Part shown: positions 36,072-44,100 of the stretch, one piece after another
Layout of the letters: every line of letters begins with the position of its first letter
Numbering within the stretch: position 1 is the stretch's first letter
Source of the DNA: Nitrospirota bacterium
Lineage (GTDB): Bacteria > Nitrospirota > Thermodesulfovibrionia > Thermodesulfovibrionales > Dissulfurispiraceae
Direction: 5' to 3'
Assembly: GCA_037440605.1 (NCBI GenBank)
Contig: JBBITU010000001.1
Coordinates: 9,016-73,015, forward strand
Length of the DNA: 64,000 nt
The notes under the pieces: generated by a model
What the model was told of the DNA's origin: nothing
What the model saw: the letters and a program-made list of their open reading frames with translations, nothing else
Database searches by the model: none
Translations under genes and position numbers: made by a program

Positions 36072-37303
36072 GAATATCCTCAGCTTTACTTATTCTTATT
36101 CTGTTCCTTTATGGTTGTGCTGGGGTAACAAAAAGCCTGCAATCAGACAGCGAGAGTCTTTACACAATAACCCCTGCATCAACAGGGCTTCCTGCAGATG
36201 GTCTCTGGCGGGAAAACATTATTCTTTATGACTTTAACGGCGATGGCTCTATCGAAATTCTCGCTCCTCCTCCGAGAAAGGCAAAACCCGAAGAGAAAAA
36301 ACCTTTCGTCTTTGTTTTTGATACAAAAGATAAAAAATGGTCTGAACAAAAATATGCCTTTCCAACACTCGACTATGATTACGGCGGGATAGCCGCCGGT
36401 GATATAAACAGGGACGGCTTTACAGATATAGCACTGGCAACCCACAGAGGCAGGCTTCATCTGCTGATAAATAATGGAGACGGAACCTTTAGTAATGCGC
36501 CTTTTCCTGTAAAAGAAGATTTCTACTCGAGAAAAGTGACAATAGCTGATATAAATGGAGACGGCTGGCTTGATATTGTTGCCATCTCTGAAGCCCCATT
36601 CACCAAAGGATATGTCCCGAAAGGCTTGCTGATTGCAATAAACAAAGAAGGCAGGGATTGGGAGATAACCCTTATAGGCGACAGCATGGGTTTATTCTCA
36701 GATTTTCTCTCTGTTGGAGATATTAATGGAGACGGAGCGCTTGACATTGTGATATCTCCATTTACTGCTGTTAGGGATGATATGAAAGCCGTCTGGCTGG
36801 GAGACCGCAAGGGCGGCTTCATTCATTACAAGTCAGATTTTACGGGTGATATGCTGACCGAGCAGGTCAGGACAGGCGATATTGACGGTGACGGAAAAGA
36901 TGAGATTGTTTATATTCTTTCTGGAATGGGCGAAAGCGCCGCATTCCCATTAAAGGCATTCAAATGGAGTCCTGAGGGAATCAAGGACATCTCAGAGGGG
37001 CTACAGAAGATTAAAAAAACACTCGTTTTTGATCTTGCGGACATTGACGGAGACGCTAAAAAAGACATCGTTCTCCTATCTGATGAGGGACTCCATATCT
37101 TTAAATACAGCGGCTCTGGATGGGTTGAACTTTTCCGCCATCCCATTCCTTCTAAGGAAATTTTGGGCGCTGAGGATCTAATGACAGCCCAACAGTCTGA
37201 CGGCTCATTTATCATAGCATACAGCCTTGGCATGGAAAACCCTGAGTTTCAAAGAGGTATCAGGGCTTTTATTTTAAACCCCAAAAGGGGGGCGGACAAA
37301 TGA
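36068..37303 (+). CDS. lipoprotein with FG-GAP/VCBS repeats (predicted beta-propeller)
   Basis: Lipobox LFLYGC. Six repeats of the Ca-binding-like motif: DFNGDGSIEIL, GDINRDGFTDIAL, ADINGDGWLDIVA, GDINGDGALDIVI, GDIDGDGKDEIVY, ADIDGDAKKDIVL. It has an ATGA overlap with the upstream ORF. Confidence 0.8.
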   Translation: MRISSALLILILFLYGCAGVTKSLQSDSESLYTITPASTGLPADGLWRENIILYDFNGDGSIEILAPPPRKAKPEEKKPFVFVFDTKDKKWSEQKYAFPTLDYDYGGIAAGDINRDGFTDIALATHRGRLHLLINNGDGTFSNAPFPVKEDFYSRKVTIADINGDGWLDIVAISEAPFTKGYVPKGLLIAINKEGRDWEITLIGDSMGLFSDFLSVGDINGDGALDIVISPFTAVRDDMKAVWLGDRKGGFIHYKSDFTGDMLTEQVRTGDIDGDGKDEIVYILSGMGESAAFPLKAFKWSPEGIKDISEGLQKIKKTLVFDLADIDGDAKKDIVLLSDEGLHIFKYSGSGWVELFRHPIPSKEILGAEDLMTAQQSDGSFIIAYSLGMENPEFQRGIRAFILNPKRGADK

Positions 37304-37695
37304 AGCTCCGATTCTTCTTAATTTTCTTATGTATCCTTCTATTTGCAGGCTGCGCTACGACACCAACAAAGGCTGATATTGAGCAGTCTTTGAGGGAAAG
37401 GGCAGAGGCTTACTGGAAGCTAAGGATGGCAGACAAATATGAGGAGACCTATGAAATGGAATACAAGGAAGGTCTTCCGCCCTTTGCAGAATATCTTGAT
37501 AAGGTGAGGGCTATGAAGAAGATACATATCGTCGGTCATTCCATTAAAAGCATTAAAACAGACGGGCAGAATGGCACAGTAGAAGTAGAAATAAGATTTA
37601 TCCTGCCCATAACCACAAAACCTTTTAAGCAGACATTGCCGGATTTATGGGTCTATGAGAGAGGTAAATGGCGGCATCAGCTTCCAAAGAATTGA
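37300..37695 (+). CDS. small lipoprotein, unknown function (possibly NTF2-like fold)
   Basis: Lipobox LLFAGC. 131 aa. It has an ATGA overlap with the FG-GAP gene. Confidence 0.6.
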   Translation: MKLRFFLIFLCILLFAGCATTPTKADIEQSLRERAEAYWKLRMADKYEETYEMEYKEGLPPFAEYLDKVRAMKKIHIVGHSIKSIKTDGQNGTVEVEIRFILPITTKPFKQTLPDLWVYERGKWRHQLPKN

Positions 37696-37730
37696 CACTT
37701 TTTGTCAAAGAAATGACAAGAATGGGCTTT

Positions 37731-37946
37731 AACTTATAATTCCCTGCAGCTTGCTGCTGGGTTTCCTTGTTTGTTGTCATTCTGGCTTGTCCAGAATTTT
37801 TCTTGAACAAACCCCTGAACCCAACTTGGCAAAGGGGGAGCAAAAAAGGATTCCCGCCCTGCCTGTGCCGTTGGCATGGCAGACAGGCGCGCTTCGCTTG
37901 CGGGAATGACATGAATTAGGGAATTTTGTGCAATTTATAAACAAAC
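37731..37946. repeat. composite repeat remnant (hairpin modules plus a degenerate family B right terminus)
   Basis: GTCATTCTGGCTTGTCCAGAAT, GGATTCCCGCCCTGCCTGTGCC...GCAGACAGGCG, CGCTTCGCTTGCGGGAATGAC, then CAATTTATAAACAAAC. These modules are shared with 25894..26046. Confidence 0.6.
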
Positions 37947-38099
37947 TTTTTTCTGAGCAATTGAAACAGATAAGGTTTCCATCTGGTATGAACTTTGCAC
38001 ATTAATCATTATATGAATTATGCGAAATTGGAAATATTCCGCATAATATAGTGGTTAGAAACCCATAATATCAGATGATATAAAATTAGGAGGTGCAGT

Positions 38100-39128
38100 A
38101 TGAATATGAAAAGGATTATTTTCTTTATCATCACTTTCATGACCTTAATATTTGGTCAGAATTTGTGGGCTGCGGAGACAAGCTTTTTTGACCCGGCAAC
38201 AGGCATGATTATAAGGGCTTATACAATTGAACATAGTGGAAAATACACAGTTGAAATTGAGGTGGTTACAACAAGCAACGAAACATCAGAGGACGCAAAA
38301 TTCGAATGTGGAACTTCTACAAAAGCTAATCCTGCCATGATTATACAGGATGCAGACAGTCCGGATATAAGTATGGCGTTTAATGCCTCCCAGAGAAAAG
38401 CGTATGTTTTTTATACACTCGATAATCAGATCAAGCTGGCGTCTTGCGAGCTTATAGTAGATGACAAAATACTCCCGACTGTAAGCATAACCTCTCCAAC
38501 CCATAACGCTGCTGTCTCAGGCAATGTGACCCTTTCAGCAAACGCATCTGACAATATTGGTGTGGCAGGCGTGCAGTTCAAGGTTAATGGCAATAATATG
38601 AATTCAGAAGATACCTCTGCGCCCTATTCAGTAGTATGGGATTCAACTAAGGTTCCTAATGGCACCTATACGATTACTGCGGTTGCAAGAGATGCCGCTA
38701 ACAACTCCGCAACATCTGCGGCAGTTCAAGTAACTGTTTCAAACAATCCAGTCGTCGCAATGCCCGATCTCATTGTAACTACTGTTACACCACCCAGAGG
38801 CTGGGACAATAACACTCCAGGCAATGTTTTTGTAGCGATACAAAACATTGGAAGCGCAGCGGCTGGCGCCTTTAAGGTAAGGGGATACTTCTCTGTCGAT
38901 CAGATACCAAATAACGGAGGGACGCCTAAAGATTCTCTCCTCTTCACATGGGATGTGTCAGGGCTTGCAGCGGGTCAGACAGCGAGTCGGACATTTACTT
39001 GTTCTTTTAGTGGTTTCCCAATCCATGCATCCTATTATGTTGTCGTCAAGGTTGATTCTGACAATAAGGTGTCAGAGAGCAATGAATCTAACAATGTAAA
39101 GACTTATCTTGTTAATGTATCAAGATAA
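38100..39128 (+). CDS. secreted protein with Ig-like domain and C-terminal CARDB domain
   Basis: Signal peptide ...GQNLWA|AET. Ig-like segment ITSPTHNAAVSGNVTLSANASDNIGVAGVQFKVNG...TAPYSVVWDST..NGTYTITAVARDAANN. CARDB-like PDLIVTTV...ESNESNN tail. Confidence 0.8.
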   Translation: MNMKRIIFFIITFMTLIFGQNLWAAETSFFDPATGMIIRAYTIEHSGKYTVEIEVVTTSNETSEDAKFECGTSTKANPAMIIQDADSPDISMAFNASQRKAYVFYTLDNQIKLASCELIVDDKILPTVSITSPTHNAAVSGNVTLSANASDNIGVAGVQFKVNGNNMNSEDTSAPYSVVWDSTKVPNGTYTITAVARDAANNSATSAAVQVTVSNNPVVAMPDLIVTTVTPPRGWDNNTPGNVFVAIQNIGSAAAGAFKVRGYFSVDQIPNNGGTPKDSLLFTWDVSGLAAGQTASRTFTCSFSGFPIHASYYVVVKVDSDNKVSESNESNNVKTYLVNVSR

Positions 39129-39164
39129 TCCGTAAGCTGATATTTGAAATATAATTTTGATGAA

Positions 39165-39190
39165 GGCGGGGCAGATGTCCCGCCTTTTTT
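39165..39190 (+). terminator. rho-independent terminator
   Basis: GGCGGG-GCAGATGT-CCCGCC followed by TTTTTT. Confidence 0.75.
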
Positions 39191-39356
39191 GTGGTAGGAC
39201 GATAGAGCTATAATGGGGGTGGTTACATAAATATCGAATAGTTCTGGAATCATATATGCCAAATGCGCTTCTTGGATAAAGAACAGAAAAATTTAGGGAG
39301 TGTTCTCTTTTTATTCAGTTATAATATACCTCATAGGGAAAAAGTGAGGATATGAA

Positions 39357-40544
39357 ATGTGCAAAACAGCCGTAGTAATCATTAATGAAAATTGCTTTAA
39401 GGCGATAGAAGAAGAGACGGCAAGAAGCACGTCGAGACATCTTTTACTGGAGGCACAGGGTAAGCAGATGGATCTATTCCAGATTGACAAAAACAAGCCT
39501 TTAACAATATCAGACCTAAAACCCAAAGACTATGATGTGTTTGTGTTCATATCAGGCATCGTTTTTATAACTCATAAGGGCATTGCTGCCCTGTCTAATC
39601 TATCTTTAATCCGAAAGGAATTCTCCATTATCGCCCCAGTTAGCAATTTATCCAATGTATTATTGCAGAGGCAGTCTCCCCCTTTTTTTTACCAGACTTT
39701 GACAGTATTTAGATGGGCAACAGAGAAAATTCTCATGGAGTTTCAGGATACGGTTGTTGAGGCTGATGAGATTGACGACTTCTGTTTTGCCCTGAAAAAA
39801 GAAATGCTCCAAGAGCTGCCGGCAAGTCTTAGTCTGTATGATCTCCACCACGCCTTGAAAGAGAAAAAAATAAAACAAGGTATCGCAAAAGGCGTTTATG
39901 TCCACCGCTATGGAAATGTTTATGAAAGCGGCAGGGATGACCTTTTGCAGTATGTGCCTTTGGATGCTCAGAACATACTCGATGTAGGCTGTGCCAGAGG
40001 ACTCACCGGTGAGCTGATTAAAAAAAGGCAGAGGGGCGTCGTTACAGGCGTGGAAATGGACACTGAAATGGCTGTTATAGCTGCTTCAAGATTAGACAAT
40101 GTCATAAATGGTGATATCGAAGAGTTGATAGGCAGGGGAAATTTAGGACTATATGACTGCATCATGTGCGGAGATGTCCTTGAGCATCTTAACAATCCAT
40201 GGAAGGTTGTAAAAGGGCTGAAATCACATCTGAAAAAAAAGGGGATTTTTATCGCAAGCACTCCTAATATTATGAACTGGGCAATTATTTATGAACAACT
40301 CAATGGCAGATGGGACTATGTGCCATTTACTATCCTCTCGGGCGAGCATGTGCGGTTTTTCACAAAAGACACTTGCAGGGAGATGTTTGAATGTGCCGGG
40401 TATAAAATAAGGGCGATACATCTCCAGAGCTTCAGCATTCCTCCTAAGGGAACTGTATTCATAGAAAATCTAAAGAAAGCAGTGACTGGAATAAATGAGG
40501 AAGAATTGCATGCATCCGAGATAGTAGTAGTGGCTGAGGGGTGA
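39357..40544 (+). CDS. class I SAM-dependent methyltransferase with an N-terminal domain of unknown function
   Basis: C-terminal half has ILDVGCARGLTGELI (motif I) and CIMCGDVLEHL (motif II/III region). The N-terminal ~190 aa are unassigned. Confidence 0.7.
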   Translation: MCKTAVVIINENCFKAIEEETARSTSRHLLLEAQGKQMDLFQIDKNKPLTISDLKPKDYDVFVFISGIVFITHKGIAALSNLSLIRKEFSIIAPVSNLSNVLLQRQSPPFFYQTLTVFRWATEKILMEFQDTVVEADEIDDFCFALKKEMLQELPASLSLYDLHHALKEKKIKQGIAKGVYVHRYGNVYESGRDDLLQYVPLDAQNILDVGCARGLTGELIKKRQRGVVTGVEMDTEMAVIAASRLDNVINGDIEELIGRGNLGLYDCIMCGDVLEHLNNPWKVVKGLKSHLKKKGIFIASTPNIMNWAIIYEQLNGRWDYVPFTILSGEHVRFFTKDTCREMFECAGYKIRAIHLQSFSIPPKGTVFIENLKKAVTGINEEELHASEIVVVAEG

Positions 40545-40570
40545 TGAGAATTATTAAAAGTGGTTATACC

Positions 40571-40614
40571 TTTTGTGGTCAGGGAGGGAATATACCCCTG
40601 ACCACAAAATTTTT
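40571..40614. terminator. long hairpin between convergent genes (terminator, T-run on the plus strand)
   Basis: TTTTGTGGTCAGGG-N11-CCCTGACCACAAAA followed by TTTTT. Confidence 0.65.
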
Positions 40615-40623
40615 CAATCAACC

Positions 40624-41631
40624 TTAAGGCAGCCAATGAGGCAGAATCGTTGACTCAAACATTGCCTCCCATGTCAAGGCAGGATTTAAAGGATAATTGG
40701 CGGAGTTAAATGAAAACGCATAAACATTAAAGTTTTCAGGTATGTCGTTAATCCATATCTGTCCATTTATGTCTCCTAAGACATCAATGACATTCACAAT
40801 TCTGTTAAGACTGAGCGTGCCAGATGCAATTTGAACGCCAGCCTCATTGAAATACCAATAAGGGAACGGCCCTCCCACATCTCCAGGAGCAGTCGTTGTG
40901 CCATATGCAGCAGGACCCCATGCCCAGAAAACGATCCTGGTCTCGCCGTTGCCCGCTACATATACCCGGCTTATAGTATGATTAAGCTTATTATCAGGGT
41001 CATCTATGATGGATAAGCCGCGTGTTGTACGATATGCATAATACCTTGCGTGATTGTCAATCTCTTCCCTGTCATCGCCTGATTGATATAACCCTCTCGC
41101 ATTTGGGTGAAGAGCTACGCTCAATCCGCCTTCTATATGCACCATGGGGATCCCGTTTGCAGCGCCTTCAAGAAGCCTCACATAATAAATCCAGCCTGTC
41201 AGGCAGTTGGCGCTACGAAATGGATACAGCGGGTTAACAGGTAAATGAGTCGTGCCTGCAGTCACTAAATCAATTGTCATAAAGCCTCTGTAAAAGTCTC
41301 CGTCTGTAAGCTGAGTGCGCACAGCAGGACTGGCTGAGGCAAGGATAGAGCCGAAATCGCTGACGAATGAACCGGTAAATGTTACATTTCCATATGCATT
41401 GGTTGCGTTGCCGTTTACATCCCATATTTCCCAGTGAATGGTTTGGGATCCTGAACATAAACTATCTACAACAATTAGTGTGTTATGGACACTCGTAATC
41501 CCTTTCTCCATCAGTGGAACAATTAGTGTGGCTGACTGGACTTGGTCAGGAATTCCAATGACCGCCTGTGCGCTGCTGCTGTAGCTGATTAATAACAAGA
41601 CTGCAATAATGCAGAAAAAAATCTTCTTCAT
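40624..41631 (-). CDS. secreted protein of unknown family (paralog 2 of 34714..35688)
   Basis: An AAGGAGGG RBS precedes the ATG. Signal peptide MKKIFFCIIAVLLLISYSSSAQA|VIG. Colinear similarity blocks with paralog 1. Confidence 0.8.
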   Translation of the reverse strand: MKKIFFCIIAVLLLISYSSSAQAVIGIPDQVQSATLIVPLMEKGITSVHNTLIVVDSLCSGSQTIHWEIWDVNGNATNAYGNVTFTGSFVSDFGSILASASPAVRTQLTDGDFYRGFMTIDLVTAGTTHLPVNPLYPFRSANCLTGWIYYVRLLEGAANGIPMVHIEGGLSVALHPNARGLYQSGDDREEIDNHARYYAYRTTRGLSIIDDPDNKLNHTISRVYVAGNGETRIVFWAWGPAAYGTTTAPGDVGGPFPYWYFNEAGVQIASGTLSLNRIVNVIDVLGDINGQIWINDIPENFNVYAFSFNSANYPLNPALTWEAMFESTILPHWLP

Positions 41632-41779
41632 AAACCCTCCTTAAAAAATGCTAAAGAAATTACTAAATGCTCTCTGTTACTGGGAAAGTCATCCCGAATC
41701 GCTGCAAAAAATCTTGTGCCAATTCGCATTCAAACCGCACCTTATATGAAGTATAGCGATTATACCCTCTTTGGCAAAG

Positions 41780-41838
41780 AGGGGTTTCGGGCATCCATCA
41801 CTGCTTTTTGAGATCTAAACACATTTTTTAGGTTAAGC
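41780..41838. repeat. 3-prime fragment of family A
   Basis: GGGGTTTCGGGCATCCATCACTGCTTTTTGAGATCTAAACACATTTTTTAGGTTAAGCC. Confidence 0.5.
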
Positions 41839-42080
41839 CGCAAGTTAGAGAGCCATCCCATGCTGACAGCTAATTATCTCTCACCTCCTTTCCATGTCCA
41901 TTCAAATTTGTTCACCCGCTCTTGTTAGAATCTGTTTACCAATACTACTTCATCACACTCCCGTCGAGGGATAGGATAATCTAAAATCTCATATTGCGGG
42001 AGAGCCTGACTGTGCGTTGCACTCTGACAGGGGCGATGGTGAGTGGGATTTTAGGCAAATTATCAACAGCCTATACTTAA

Positions 42081-42109
42081 TTTATATCACAAAAGAATGG
42101 GGAGGTCAA
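42081..42109 (-). promoter_or_regulatory. near-consensus sigma-70 promoter with extended -10 (TTGACC-17-TGaTATAAA)
   Basis: The minus strand reads TTGACC TCCCCATTCTTTTGTGA TATAAA. It lies 9 nt downstream of the stop of 42118..44100 and about 440 nt upstream of the ATG at 41631. Confidence 0.5.
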
Positions 42110-42117
42110 GATAAAAT

Positions 42118-44100
42118 TTACTTTTTTTCTGCAATGATGACGGCATAATCATTATCCAGTATCTTTTCCCTGATAAGGGTATCTTCAAGAAAAAGTATCA
42201 TTTTTATTAAAGCCGCATCTTTTTCACTATCATGGTCAAAATTACCGATTATATTATTAAACAGAAGATTATAAAGGGAGCCTCCGAAATACCTTATCAT
42301 TCTTATTTCAAAGTATTTTTTAAGTGTCGGGATTATGTCATGCGAGCGAATCGCCTCTGAGGGATCGGTGCGGTTCATGTGTTCAAGGGAAGGTCTTTCA
42401 ATATGTGTTATTAGATGTCCTGTAACTGGGTCTGTCCTTAACCTTTCAGGCAGGATGGTCAGAACACTGTTTGCTATATTTATCTGTCTGTCCGTCCACT
42501 GGAATTGATTGGGGCCTATATACTCCTGCGCCACTACAAGCCCTGCTTCCTTCAGGGCGTCTTTCACATTTTTGCAAACACCATCGAGGTTTTCTATATG
42601 GTGAAGCGCCGACCATGAAAAGAATATATCATAATGGTCATGTTTAAACACGGCATTATTTACATCTTCAATGTGGAAATTTATTTTATACCCTCTCTCT
42701 TTAGCTATCCTGACACCTTCTTTAACCCTCTCCTCAGCTATCTCGTATGCATCAATTGATTTGCAGATATTATTGTCAATCACACCCCTTTCAAAATCCC
42801 CTGAGCCGCTGCAGATACTCAAGCCCTTTTGCAGGTGGCTATTGACAAACTCATTTCTGAGGAATTGGTAAAAATTCATCTTTGGGTCTCCTGTAACAAG
42901 CCTCTGGCAATGTTCAAGAATCACCGGAGAGTCCCACCAGTACATTTTCTGTTCAAGTTTTTGGGTTGTGTGATAATTGTCCCAGCTTCTTTTTGTCTTT
43001 TCAAGTTTATCTCTTCTCGTGATTTCTTCAAAGGCATATTCAAGTCTCTCAACTACTCTTTGTTTTGTAAATTTACCGGCAACCTCCAGCCCACGCTTTA
43101 TAAGCCTCTCTCTCAAAGCCTTGTTATGCACAATTTCCACAATTGCTTTTGCAATTGACTCAATGTCCATATTATCTGCATTTTCTACGAAAAGGGCATA
43201 ATCCTGCTTTTCATCAAAGCTTGTATGTGATGATATACTGCTCAGGATTGTGGGCACGCCGCATGCCATAGCTTCGAGGGCAGGGAGTCCAAATCCCTCA
43301 GCCTCCTTTGAAAGTGAAACTAAAAGGTCAGCATCCCTATAAATCTCACCCATTGAAGGATAGGGGATATGAAAGTGATAGATATCGGGTTTAAATATTG
43401 CTTCCTCCTCTTTTGAAAGCGGCAGTTGTGATGCCCTTATAAGCTGAACTGGGATATTCAGTCTTTTGCTGGCAAGTGAGGCGCCTCTTAGTGCGGTTGC
43501 TATGTTTTTTACATCTGCTTCAAATGGACCTACCACAAGGATATTGAAGGGTTCAAGGGTTCTATTATTTGATGTTTTTAGAAAAGATGCGATCTTTCCC
43601 CACCTTTTTAGCGAAGCTAATCCATGGTCCCGATTAGTTTGTTCTTTTGGGAAAAAAATATCTTTATTCAACATTTGTCCAATATAATGTGTTTCTGCAT
43701 TGAACTTCTCTTTAAGGAAAACGGAGAGATGAAGAGATGTGGTCAGTTTCTGAGGAATAAGGGAGTAGGCTCTATCTATATCGTTTTTTAATCCGGCATA
43801 CTCTTTTATCCCCCCTTCATAGCCCTGACAGAGATGGAAGATTGCTCCATTTTTTGAATCAGCTACAGGTTTAATGGTCTTCCATGATGTTGCAATCACA
43901 ATATCTGCAGCGGGGATAAGTGAAGGATCAAGCCTTTCGATATGGTGCAGCGGCACTTTAAGCGGATACCAGTTGGGATTTTCTCCGGTAGTGGTAAGAA
44001 ATGCTTCATGCCCAATCATGGCAAGCTGTTCAAGGTGCTGGAAGACAACATGTATTCCGCCCCAAAGTCCTGTATCCTCGGTCACGTAGGTGATTTTCAT
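42118..44100 (-). CDS. bifunctional glycosyltransferase (GT4-like, N-terminal) / SAM-dependent methyltransferase (C-terminal)
   Basis: The N-terminal ~370 aa carry SKEAEGFGLPALEAMACGVPTI (E-x7-E). The C-terminal ~250 aa carry GLSICSGSGDFERG (motif I-like) and FSWSALHHI. Confidence 0.75.
   Translation of the reverse strand: MKITYVTEDTGLWGGIHVVFQHLEQLAMIGHEAFLTTTGENPNWYPLKVPLHHIERLDPSLIPAADIVIATSWKTIKPVADSKNGAIFHLCQGYEGGIKEYAGLKNDIDRAYSLIPQKLTTSLHLSVFLKEKFNAETHYIGQMLNKDIFFPKEQTNRDHGLASLKRWGKIASFLKTSNNRTLEPFNILVVGPFEADVKNIATALRGASLASKRLNIPVQLIRASQLPLSKEEEAIFKPDIYHFHIPYPSMGEIYRDADLLVSLSKEAEGFGLPALEAMACGVPTILSSISSHTSFDEKQDYALFVENADNMDIESIAKAIVEIVHNKALRERLIKRGLEVAGKFTKQRVVERLEYAFEEITRRDKLEKTKRSWDNYHTTQKLEQKMYWWDSPVILEHCQRLVTGDPKMNFYQFLRNEFVNSHLQKGLSICSGSGDFERGVIDNNICKSIDAYEIAEERVKEGVRIAKERGYKINFHIEDVNNAVFKHDHYDIFFSWSALHHIENLDGVCKNVKDALKEAGLVVAQEYIGPNQFQWTDRQINIANSVLTILPERLRTDPVTGHLITHIERPSLEHMNRTDPSEAIRSHDIIPTLKKYFEIRMIRYFGGSLYNLLFNNIIGNFDHDSEKDAALIKMILFLEDTLIREKILDNDYAVIIAEKK

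Noticed and set aside
41745-41770. TATAAT box on the minus strand (GGGTATAATCGC) as the paralog 2 promoter.
   Set aside because: There is no acceptable -35 at 16-18 nt (AAACCC), and it lies in a family A repeat fragment. The TTGACC-17-TATAAA at 42081..42109 is the better candidate.
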